Source: an uncultured bacterium
GTDB lineage: Bacteria; Margulisbacteria; WOR-1; CAVSGV01
Assembly: GCA_963768305.1 (NCBI GenBank)
Contig: CAVYHE010000008.1
Span: forward strand, 216,952-280,951
Length of the DNA stretch: 64,000 bases
Reading direction: 5' to 3'
Below are positions 51,426 to 64,000 of this stretch, piece after piece (positions within the stretch are counted from its first letter, which is position 1; each line of letters opens with the position of its first letter). A program made the translations under genes and the position numbers. The notes under the pieces are model-generated. The model did no database searches. It was not told the DNA's origin and worked only from the letters and a program-made list of their open reading frames with translations.

Positions 51426-53485
51426 ATGTTCGTCGGATACATCGATCCCGGAACTGGAATGACCATAGTCAACACAGGCAGTTTTATTATCGCCGGCATA
51501 TTCGCCTTCTTCGGCATACTCGCCATATACTTCAGGAAACTATGGAGCTTTTTGGGAAATCACAAAAGACCTGTTATAATCATCATTATCGTCCTGGTGA
51601 TCTTATGCGCCGTATTAATAGGGATGTTCATGAACACTGCAGCTCCAAAATTCAATAATAAGGTAGTGATACTCGGATTCGACGGCTTGAGCCCCGACAT
51701 CATCGAGCCGATGATGAAGGCAGGGCAGGCTGCCGAATTTCGAGCGCCTTAAGAACGAGGGTGCCTACCGGCGCCTTAGGACCACAAATCCGTCGCAGTC
51801 ACCCATCGCGTGGACCGGTTTTGCGACAGGCCAGAACCCGGGAAAATCCGGGCTTTATGATTTCATTGTAAGGGACCCGAAGGATTATTCATTAAGCCTT
51901 TCGATAACCAAGATACATTCCGGCGTTCCCATACGGCCGATAAAGACCAAATGCTTCTGGCAGTATTCGTCTGAAAAAGACATTCCGACAATAGTGCTCA
52001 GCTGCGCTTCCACTTTTCCGCCTGACAAGCTTAAAGGGAAGATGATTTCCGGAATGGGCATGCCGGACATTACTCGGCACGGAGGGAACTTTTTCTTTTT
52101 ATTCCAGCGAGAAGATCGCCCGGCGAAATATACAGCGGCGGAAATGTTTATCATGTTAACAGGTCGCATCTGATGGTGGCGAACCTTATCGGCCCGCGTG
52201 TAGCGCCGCTTTTCGGGAAACCCGACAATGTTAAAGTGCCGTTCAAGATCACATTGAATGAAAAAAGCGATTCAGTGGAAATAGAATTCCAGAACAACAA
52301 ATTTGACCTGAAAAAGGGCGATTGGAGCGCCTGGAAGGATGTTTCTTTCAATGCCGGGCCGCTCAAAACGATCAGGGGAATAGTTAAATTCTATTTGATC
52401 GAAACTTCGCCTGAACTCAAACTTTACGCCAGCCCGATAAACATCGATCCCCGCAACCCGCTGTTCGATATTTCTTTTCCGAAAAGCTACAGCAATGATC
52501 TGGTCGGTAAAATAGGCCTTTATTACACCCAGGGCATGCCGATGGACACATGGGCGGTGAATGAAAAAGTGCTTTCGGAAGAGCCGATACTCCAGGAGAT
52601 AAACCAGGTCTTCCGCGAAAAAAAAGAGATAATGGACATCGAGCTGGCGCAGATGAAGAACGGGGTGCTCTTCAGCTATTTTGAGCCGTCCGACATAATA
52701 CAGCACATGTTCTGGCGCTACAGGGATCCGCGCCATCCTTTATACGAAAAGGACGCTCCCGAAAAATACAAGCATATGATCGAGACCTGGTACCAGAAAA
52801 TGGACCAGGTGCTCGGGCGAGGTGATGGACAAGCTCGGGCCGGACGACACATTGATAGTGCTTTCCGATCACGGGTTCAATACGTTCAGGCGGGCCGTGC
52901 ATATAAACAGCTGGCTCATAAAGAACGGCTATATGGTACTGAAAGATCCTTACTCTGAATCCGGCGCCGAACTTCTTACGGATGTGGATTGGTCGCAAAC
53001 AAAGGCCTATGCGGTCGGCTTCGGAGCGATATACCTGAATCTGGAAGGACGGGAGAAGAACGGCATAGTCAAAAAAGAAGAAGCCGAAGGACTGAAGACC
53101 GAAATAGCCGATAAGCTTTCAAAATGGACGGATGAAAAGTACAAAGAAAAGGTCATCAGCAAAGTTTACAGGAAAGAGGAGTATTTTCCGCGGGCCGCTC
53201 GTTGAGAACATGCCGGACCTGTTCATAGGGTTCAATATCGGTTACAGGGCTTCGTGGCAGACCGCGCTTGGCGCGGCGCCGGAAGGATTGATAGAGGATA
53301 ATTTGAAAAAATGGTCGGGCGACCACCTGTTCGACCCCGCGCTCGTTCCGGGCGTGCTTTTCATGAATAAGAAGACTTCGGATAATAGCCCTTCGATCTA
53401 CGATATAACGCCGACGATACTGAAGACACTGGGATTTACCAGTGATGAGATCAAGGCCGGAGATTTTGACGGGAAGCCTCTCTAA
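51426..53485 (+). CDS. alkaline phosphatase superfamily / nucleotide phosphodiesterase (several frameshifts)
   Basis: YIDPGTG N-terminus, VILGFDG, D.IQHMFW, LSDHGF, WSGDH, DITPTIL. Confidence 0.82.
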
Positions 53486-54706
53486 CGATACCCGCCCCAA
53501 GTAATTCATTGTCCTTTTCGATAACGAACCGCCCGAATTCTTCGATGAATGAAAAGTCCTCGGCGATAACCGGCTTTGCGGCCTTTATAGCCACCATTCC
53601 GACTTCATTTTGTTTTATTCCGCCGGTGTTCCCTTCCAGGACTTTCAGTGTGGAAGCGTCGATCGTTTTAGATATTGATGAAACATAGCCTTCCGTTTCC
53701 TGAGTGGCAATACGAAGCGTGAATTTGGAACCGATCTTCAGCGGCTCATCAGCCATCCAGAAAACTTCGCCGTTCAAGTCATTCGATGGAGCTGTCGCAC
53801 ATCCTTCCTCGACAATGACATCTCCCCTTTTCACGGAAAGATCGCTGATCGATGATGACGCCGATGTTCTCCCCTTCCTCTGCTTTCGCTTTTTCGCCCT
53901 CAAATAACTTGATCGAAGTTATGGAAGCTTTTTGATCTGACGGCATGAGGATCACTTTCTGCCCGCGAGAGATAGTTCCGGAAGATACTCCGCCCACAAG
54001 GACTTTTTTTCCGTCTATGTCGTAAACATCCTGAACAGGGAACCTTAAGGGTTTTCGTGATCTGGTATTGTCGATCTTTATCGGATCCGAGAGCTTCGAT
54101 CAGCGTCGGGCCTTTGTACCATTCCATTTCCTTGGACCGCTTCATGATGTTGATGCCTTCTCTGGCGGAGACAGGTATCATGTAAGCGGGTTCCATGTTC
54201 AGCTCGCCGAATATCCCGGAAAGATCGGAAGCGAGCTTTTTGAATCTTCCCTGGTCGAAATTCTCAACGTCCATCTTGTTCAGTACGACAATGATATCTT
54301 CTATGCCGATCATGGAGAGCAGGTACGCGTGCCTTCGCGTCTGCTCCATTATCCCTTCGTGGGCGTCCACGATAAGGACAGCCGCGCTCGCCATGCTCGC
54401 GCCGGTGAGCATGTTCTTCAGGAATTCTGTATGGCCCGGCGTGTCAATTATCACAAAATCCCTGTTCTTCGTCTTGATGAACGTCTGGGTGGTATCTATT
54501 GTCTTGTTCTCTTCCCTCTCCTCTTTCAGCTGGTCCGTTAGATACGCCAGCTCAGCGTCCTTTCCCAGTTCCTTGGCGATTTTATTCAATTCGTCCATCT
54601 TGTCCTTCGGGAGCGAGCCCGTGTCGATGAGCAGCCGTCCTATCAAAGTGGATTTGCCGTGGTCCACATGGCCGGTTATCGCTATATATAATGTATCTTT
54701 CGCCAT
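53451..54706 (-). CDS. cysN: sulfate adenylyltransferase subunit 1 (frameshifted, no APS kinase domain)
   Basis: GHVDHGKSTLIGRLL, DTPGH, NKMD, FGRFVI; next to cysD. Confidence 0.88.
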
Positions 54707-54710
54707 TGTC

Positions 54711-55511
54711 TTACATGTACCCCAGGCTTCTGAGTTTTTGCATCGTGTACGCGTTCTCCTTGTCCTGCGCCCTTCCGCTTCTTTCCGATACCGTGGTCGT
54801 CTCCAGCTCTTTTATTATCTTGCTTATCGTGTCCGCTTTTGAATCAACGGGAGCGCAGCATGTCTCGCAGCCGATGCTCCTGTACCTTTTCCCGTTCTTC
54901 GCCAGATAAAGGCTGACGATGGGGATCTTTTCCCTTTCAACATACCTCCAAATATCAAGTTCAGTCCAGTGCAGCATCGGGTGGACGCGCAAATGCTCGC
55001 CGGAAGCAGCCTTTGCCCTGTAATGGTCCCACATCTCCGCGGGCTGGTTCTGGTAGTTCCATTCGAATTTCATGTTCCGCGGCGAGAAATACCTTTCTTT
55101 CGCCCTTACCCCGTGTTCATCTCGGCGAATGGCGAGCAATAAAGCTTTGAAATTCTCTTTGACCAATGTCATTTTCAGCGCTTCGGTCTTCAGGGCGTTG
55201 CAGCAGGCGAGTTTTTCTTTTGCAGGCCCCATTCCCGCCTTGATAGCCTCTTCATTGCGGCTGATCAAAAGATCTAAATTCCATTCTTTCGCGTACTGAT
55301 CCCGGAATTTATAGATCTCTTTGAATTTATAACCGGTGTCGATGTGCATGACGGGGAACGGGATCTTTCCGAAGAAAGCTTTCCTGGCGATCCAGAGCAT
55401 CGCGGTGGAATCCTTGCCGATGGACCAAAGGAGCGATACATCCCTGAAGCGGCTGTACGCCTCCCTGATTATATAGATCGACCTGTTCTCAAGCTCGGAT
55501 AGATGGTCCAT
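54711..55511 (-). CDS. cysD: sulfate adenylyltransferase subunit 2
   Basis: SIGKDS, HIDTG, RRDE...RAKER.FS, YRSIGC, LGYM. Confidence 0.95.
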   Translation of the reverse strand: MDHLSELENRSIYIIREAYSRFRDVSLLWSIGKDSTAMLWIARKAFFGKIPFPVMHIDTGYKFKEIYKFRDQYAKEWNLDLLISRNEEAIKAGMGPAKEKLACCNALKTEALKMTLVKENFKALLLAIRRDEHGVRAKERYFSPRNMKFEWNYQNQPAEMWDHYRAKAASGEHLRVHPMLHWTELDIWRYVEREKIPIVSLYLAKNGKRYRSIGCETCCAPVDSKADTISKIIKELETTTVSERSGRAQDKENAYTMQKLRSLGYM

Positions 55512-55569
55512 AAAGAAAGATTATATCACCATTTGGCATTTTCCTGAATATTGCTATAATTGCTGTTCT

Positions 55570-57768
55570 ATGAAAACTGTTCGATATGTGCTGGCCGCTG
55601 TCCTGATAATCTTTTCTCTATGCTATCTTTGTCATAAAATAGAGGCCGCCCAGGAAAGCCCCAACGTGCTTTTCATAATAGTAGACACTTTGCGCGCCGA
55701 CCATCTCGGATGCTACGGGGACAAGGCGATAAAGACGCCGAACATAGACGGCATCGCCAAAGACGGCACGATGTTCCAGAACACCATCACCCAGGCTCCG
55801 CTCACATTTCCTTCCCATACGACCATGTTCACTTCCACTTATCCGCAGCAATCAAACGCGTGGGACAACGGCAGCTACCGGCTGGCTTCAACGGAGGTCA
55901 CCCTGGCGCAGGTCCTGCAGGATAAAGGATATACGACGGGAGCTTTTGTCAGCACAGTGGTCCTGGACGCGAAATACGGCCTGAACAAGGGGTTCCAGAC
56001 ATACGATGACGCCATCGGGAAAGATCAGGGCGACAGGGTGATAAAATTCATGGATGACGAAAGGACCGCGGATAAAACCGCCCCGCTGGCGATTAAATGG
56101 CTGAAGGACAACAAGGACAAGAAATTTTTCCTGTGGGTCCATTTTTACGATCCGCACGGGATATACAATCCTCCAAGCCCTTACAAGGAAATGTACAAGG
56201 ATGATCTTTACAGCGGCGAAGTGGCTTTTGCCGATCATTATGTCGGCGAGGTCCTTTCCACCCTGAAAGAGCTGGGGCTTAAGGACAAGACCATGGTAAT
56301 TTTCGCCGGCGATCACGGAGAAGGGCTTGGCGAACACGGCGAGAACGGCCACGGGATATTTGTTTACGATGAGACCCTGAAGGTCCCGCTGATATTTTCT
56401 TATCCAAAAATGATCGCTCAGGACAGAGTAATAAAGGAACAGGTGCGCCTGATAGACATAATGCCGACCATACTTGACCTGCTGAACATAAAAAAGAACA
56501 AGGAGATCCAGGGGCAAAGCCTGGCGGGTATCTTAAAGGGAGAAGAAAAACCGGAGGACAGGCCGGCTTTCAGCGCTACCCGGTACGCGCAGATCCATTT
56601 TAACTGGTCGGAGATGCAGTCGTGGAGGACAAGGGACTGGAAATACATAAAGTCCACCGAGCCGGAGCTTTACAACATCTCGAAAGATCCCGATGAACTG
56701 GTCAATCTTATAGACAAGCGCAAGGATATAGCGCAGTCCATGGAAAAAGACCTGGATGATTTCTTCAAGAAAACAAGCGCTCCTGAAAAGAAAGAGAACA
56801 AGATAGAAGTGGACGAGCAGACGAAACAACAGCTGATGAGCCTTGGTTATGTTTCCGGCAGTGAAACGACAAAAGGAAAAGCGCCGGTCCCGATAAAGAT
56901 GATAAAGGTGATGCAGTCCATGACCGCCGCCGACAAGATGGTGAACAGCGGCCTGACAAATGAAGCCATAGAAAAATACAGGGAAATAATAAAGGAAGAT
57001 CCGGATAACATGGAAGCTTACTCGCACATAGCGCTCTGCCTCAAGAGCATGCAGCAGTACGATGAAGCGATCAAGTATTTCAAGAAAGCCGCCTCTTTCA
57101 AGTCCGATGTCGCGGAGGTCCACGACGGGCTGGGCAATATATACAAGAGCATGGGAAAGCCGAAAATGGCGTTAGAAGAATTCCAGCGGGCGCTCAAGCT
57201 GGAGCCGGACGATCCCGGCATAACGAACAACATCGGCTGGTGCTACCAGCAGTGGATGGATTTTGACAAAGCGCTGGAATTCTACGTGAAAGCTATCAAG
57301 CTGGACCCGAACCTTGCCACTACCCACGCGAACATGGCGATATGCTACAGGGTAAAAGGCAACCTTGACAAGGCGATGGAAGAGCTGGACATAGCGCTGA
57401 AGCAGGACCCCAAGCTCGCATTCGCATACAGCGAGCTGGGCGCGTGCCTTGCTATCAAGGGGAGACTGGATGAAGCGATAGTGAACTGCCGCAAAGCGAT
57501 AGAGTACGCGCCAGACGAGCCCGACGGCTACCAGAATCTTGGCGTCTGCCTGGAAATGAAAGGCGACTATGAAGGCGCGCTGGATAATTTCCAGAAAGCC
57601 TTGAAGATAGCCCCGTGGAATGTTATGACTCAAATCGGCATTGCCGGCGCTTATATCAAACTTGGCAACAACGAAATGGCGAAAGAGCATTTGAATAAAG
57701 CGCGGGAGCTGGATCCAAATAATAAAAAAGCGGCCCAGATGCTGAAAAACCTGGAAGAAAAGGAATAA
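55570..57768 (+). CDS. sulfatase-like hydrolase with C-terminal TPR array
   Basis: DTLRADH, PLTFPSH, HFYDPH, GDHGE, DP.E..NL, L.SLGY, then TPR repeats. Confidence 0.9.
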   Translation: MKTVRYVLAAVLIIFSLCYLCHKIEAAQESPNVLFIIVDTLRADHLGCYGDKAIKTPNIDGIAKDGTMFQNTITQAPLTFPSHTTMFTSTYPQQSNAWDNGSYRLASTEVTLAQVLQDKGYTTGAFVSTVVLDAKYGLNKGFQTYDDAIGKDQGDRVIKFMDDERTADKTAPLAIKWLKDNKDKKFFLWVHFYDPHGIYNPPSPYKEMYKDDLYSGEVAFADHYVGEVLSTLKELGLKDKTMVIFAGDHGEGLGEHGENGHGIFVYDETLKVPLIFSYPKMIAQDRVIKEQVRLIDIMPTILDLLNIKKNKEIQGQSLAGILKGEEKPEDRPAFSATRYAQIHFNWSEMQSWRTRDWKYIKSTEPELYNISKDPDELVNLIDKRKDIAQSMEKDLDDFFKKTSAPEKKENKIEVDEQTKQQLMSLGYVSGSETTKGKAPVPIKMIKVMQSMTAADKMVNSGLTNEAIEKYREIIKEDPDNMEAYSHIALCLKSMQQYDEAIKYFKKAASFKSDVAEVHDGLGNIYKSMGKPKMALEEFQRALKLEPDDPGITNNIGWCYQQWMDFDKALEFYVKAIKLDPNLATTHANMAICYRVKGNLDKAMEELDIALKQDPKLAFAYSELGACLAIKGRLDEAIVNCRKAIEYAPDEPDGYQNLGVCLEMKGDYEGALDNFQKALKIAPWNVMTQIGIAGAYIKLGNNEMAKEHLNKARELDPNNKKAAQMLKNLEEKE

Positions 57769-57809
57769 TCGCGGCCTTAAAGCCCCCTTAAAAAATCCTT
57801 AAATTCTGC

Positions 57810-57838
57810 TTGACAACTTCCGGCCCCTCCCCTAGACT
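57810..57838 (+). promoter_or_regulatory. sigma70-type promoter
   Basis: TTGACA-N17-TAGACT. Confidence 0.55.
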
Positions 57839-57914
57839 TTCCCTTGTATTTGACCATTGGGATTTGTTTTGGGTTTTGACATTCAGATCTTGAGTTTTAT
57901 TAAGAGGGGGAGTT

Positions 57915-60774
57915 ATGATAATAAAGAAAAAGGCCCTGGTTTTCATTTGCCTCATTTCGGTTTGCTTCACATGCGCTTACGCTTTCGATTTTAACCAGCC
58001 ACAGTCACCGACTCTTCTAGCCGCAAATCCGTATGGCGCGTCCGCAGGCGTCTCCGCGGACCCTTCAGGAGGGCACTATCGCGCGAACATCAGCCTTGCG
58101 GGTTCTTCGGGTACAGTTCCCGACAGGAGCATTTATTACATAGACGGCATCTTTCCTCTCTATTATTCAGACAACGGCGACACTCTCCTCTTCTTCGCCC
58201 CGAAGCAGAACTGGTATGAGCCTTACGCCCTGGAATCCAACATGGGCCTTGGCTTCAGGAAACTGATCGATGACAGGTACATACTCGGCATGCACCTTTT
58301 CTATGACAGCTCGACTTCTCCCAATAACATAAACCACCAGCAAACAGGCGTGGGCGGCGAATATCTCTCCGAGCCCCTGGATGTGAGGGTGAACTATTAT
58401 CATCCGAGCGACAGCGTGGAGAACGTGGACACCAATTATGAATTCGGCTCACAGAATCTCCTTGTCGCGCATCACATGGAAGAAGCCATGGAAGGTTATG
58501 ACATAGAACTCGGCGGCCCCGTGCTTCCTTTGAGCCAGCTCAATACAAGGACATACCTGGGAGGATTCTTCTATAAATCAACTATCGCGAACGATCTTAA
58601 CGGGTTCCGCCTCAGGACGGAATCAAAGATAAATGACTGCCTCAGCCTGGACCTGTCGTTCAGCTCCGGCCAGCAGGATACCGCTTTCACCGGCGGCCTG
58701 AGGGCAACTTTCCCGATGGACCTGGACCAGATATTCGCGCTTAAAGATCCCACGCCTTCCGAAAGCCTGCCTTACCTTAAGAACAGGATGTTCGAGCGCG
58801 TAGTGAGAGACCTGGACATACAGGTAGCCGCGCCGGATGATCCCATCAAAAAACCCGTAACATCATTGAACGGAGTGAACCTGGGCCGGTTCATATTTGT
58901 GAACAACGCCGCATCCACGATAGATGCTGACGGAACATACGCGCATCCGTACACTTCGCTTGAAGCAGCGGTAGATTATTCGAGATCTCTTGGCGGCTCG
59001 GCAAATACGATCTATGTTTTCAGTGGCGACGGGACGGCGAACAACTACACGGACAACTATGACCTTGCGGACAACACGGTATTATGGGGTTCCGGATATA
59101 ACAGCGGGTTACCAGGAATTCCGGTCACTGCGCAGCAGCCGTTAATAGTAAATGACGGCAGCAATACCATCACACTGGGAAATAACGACACGGTTCAGGG
59201 ATTGAATATTGACGGGTTAGGAACTTACGGCATTTATGCTTATAATGTTACAGGCGGGACCATCCGCAACAATACCATTACTGGAAATACCGCCGGCGGG
59301 ATATATGTAGGCGGCAATACCGGAACGATCTCAAACTTCAATATTTCAAATAATATCATCAATGAGAACGGCGGCAAAGGCATCACTATTGACAATAACG
59401 GCGCGGCAATGTCCGATTTCAATATATCGAATAACGCCGTTGCTTCCAATGATGGGTATGGTATCAATGTAGAAAACTACAGCGGCAGCATGAGCAATTT
59501 TACGATCTCGGGCAACACAATTACTAATAACACAAACGACGGCATAAAGATGTATAATAACTCCTCTTTGGATAATGTCACCATCTCGAACAACGTCATA
59601 TCCACTAATGAGGGTTACGGCTTGTATCTATATAATGACAACAACATGAAAAATGTCACTGTCTTGAACAACACCATATCCACTAACGAAGACGAAGGCA
59701 TTGACATATACAATGACGACAAAATGCAAAATGTCACCGTCTCGAACAACACGATAATGAACAACGGGGATGACGGCTTGTATGTGGAAAATGACGAAAC
59801 CATGCAAAATACCACTATTTCGAACAATATCATAACCTCCAACGAAGGAATGGGCATAGATGTATATAATAATGACGGCAACATGCAAAATGTCACCATT
59901 TCAGACAACATCGCATCCTCCAATGGAGATTACGGCATATACGTATATAATGACGAGCCAATGTCTGATCTCACGGTCTCGAACAACACGATAATAAATA
60001 ACAGCGAGGACGGCTTATATATAAATAATTACGACGGCAGTATGTTTAATGTCACCGTCTCGAACAACATCATATCCTCCAACGAAGGTTACGGCATGTT
60101 TTTAGAGAATGACGAATATTCCATGTCAAATGTCACCATCTCGAACAACATAATATCCTCCAATGAGGATGAAGGCATATATATAGAGAATTACGAACCG
60201 ATGTCGGCTCTCACTATCTCGAGCAACATAATAAAAGATAACGGGGATGACGGATTATATATATATAATGACGAGCCCATGCTAAATACCACCATCTCGA
60301 ACAACATCATATCCTCCAACGATGGTTACGGCATTTATATAGATACTGACGGCTACACCATGTTAAACCTCACGATCTCGGGCAACACAATAAAAGAAAA
60401 TGCGGATGACGGAGTGTATATAGTGAATGCCGACGACTTGCTAAATACAACTATTTCAAACAACATCATATCCTCCAACGAAGGCGTTGGCATTGACATA
60501 AGGAATCACAGCTGGATGCAAAATGCCACTATCTCCAACAACATCATATTCTCTAACACAGATAATGGCATAGATATATACAATAATTCCTCTTTGGATA
60601 ATGTCACCATCTCGAACAACGTCATATCCACCAATGAAGGCGACGGCATTTACATAGACAATAGCAGTAGCATGGCTTATTTTGATATCTCAAACAACAT
60701 TATCAAAGGGAACGAGGATGACGGTATCGACATTAGCAATGAATATTACATTTATAATTTTAACATCGCGGATA
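57915..60774 (+). CDS. inverse-autotransporter-type surface protein with beta-helix repeats, cut at the junction
   Basis: signal peptide, N.GLGFR / G.E / N.Y.P / V.RD barrel motifs, then ~25-aa NVTISNNIISSNEGYGIY repeats. Confidence 0.75.
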
Positions 60775-63330
<2,556 letters not shown>

Positions 63331-63469
63331 GAGGCCATGCCTACCAGCAGCAGCCCTTCAATCTCCTCGTGCGCTGGGAGGACTGGAGTGGGGCAGCCAT
63401 CCGCAAGCGGCTGGCTACATGGGCAACCAGCTACGGCAGGAAGGGGGTGTCAGCCCCCAAGTAGCCTCA

Positions 63470-64000
63470 ATGCCTCCAAGGGTTAACAGGCAAGCTCGCC
63501 GGGGGGAAGGGGCCGGCCCCTCAAGCTTGAAACTCACAATGTGTGTGGGATGCGTGTAGAGGCCAAAGTACAAAGCCTTGCACGAGGGTGGGTGCAAAGG
63601 GGCAGCGATATTGTGTGCCTGCAAGAGACACATGTGGGTTTCTTTGATCAGGGGCCGTGCACAGCCCGTATCAACGCAGCTTGCAGGCAGCAGGACCCAC
63701 AGCATCGTGGGTTTAGCATCCATTGGGGCTTTAATGCTGATAATGCAAATCGCTCTGCGGGGGTTGCCATTATGATCAGGAGGGACCTGATAGCCTCTGG
63801 CGAGCTTGTACCGCATGAAGATGAGAAGGTGGGAGATCAGGGTGGGGGTAGGTTTTTGAAGCTCCCGGTCAGTTGGAGGGGCCAGCGACTGAACATTGTT
63901 TGTGTGCACCTGCCAAATAAGCAACACGAGCAGGTGCAGGTTCACCGCACCCACCTAGCAGGCATTGCCGGGGAGCCTGGTTTCTGGGGCGGTGACTTTA
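63470..64000 (+). mobile_element. non-LTR (L1-like) retrotransposon ORF2, apurinic-like endonuclease domain, partial
   Basis: frame from 63520: LETHNVCG...DIVCLQETH...SAGVAI...GR...VHLPN...GGDF; open to the window end, so absent from the ORF track. Confidence 0.85.

Noticed and set aside
59300..60770. Beta-helix repeats as DGR template/variable repeats or CRISPR
   Set aside because: In-frame coding repeats, no adenine-specific variation noticed, no reverse transcriptase in the bacterial part.

Overview
About 60.8 kb of bacterial chromosome joined abruptly at ~60775 to ~3.2 kb of eukaryote-like DNA (CAG-repeat rich, ending in an L1-type retrotransposon endonuclease). The bacterial part is a housekeeping backbone: dgt-dnaG-rpoD, ftsK, secDF, tgt-queA, rsmI, plsY-lysC, leuS, rimO-pgsA-cinA-recA-rny-ymdB, valS, ftsH, mazG, cysDN, six tRNAs and a TPP riboswitch. 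Terrabacteria-like gene order plus outer-membrane beta-barrel genes suggests a diderm lineage such as Margulisbacteria/Saganbacteria (inference only). Many genes carry single-base frameshifts, most likely long-read errors. Main observation: a fixed-spacing motif TGAAA-N17-CGATA (10 exact, 2 variant copies), resembling a sigma28/FliA promoter, lies just upstream of almost every orphan gene cassette and of both sigma-factor genes. The orphans include two paralog families, an LRR protein and an HExxH protein, and many have basic N-termini with no signal peptide. Together this looks like a dispersed, co-regulated candidate effector regulon. Also seen: a tRNA-Pro nested between split, hairpin-interrupted copies of itself; heptamer and palindromic insertions inside essential genes; and widespread apparently leaderless genes.
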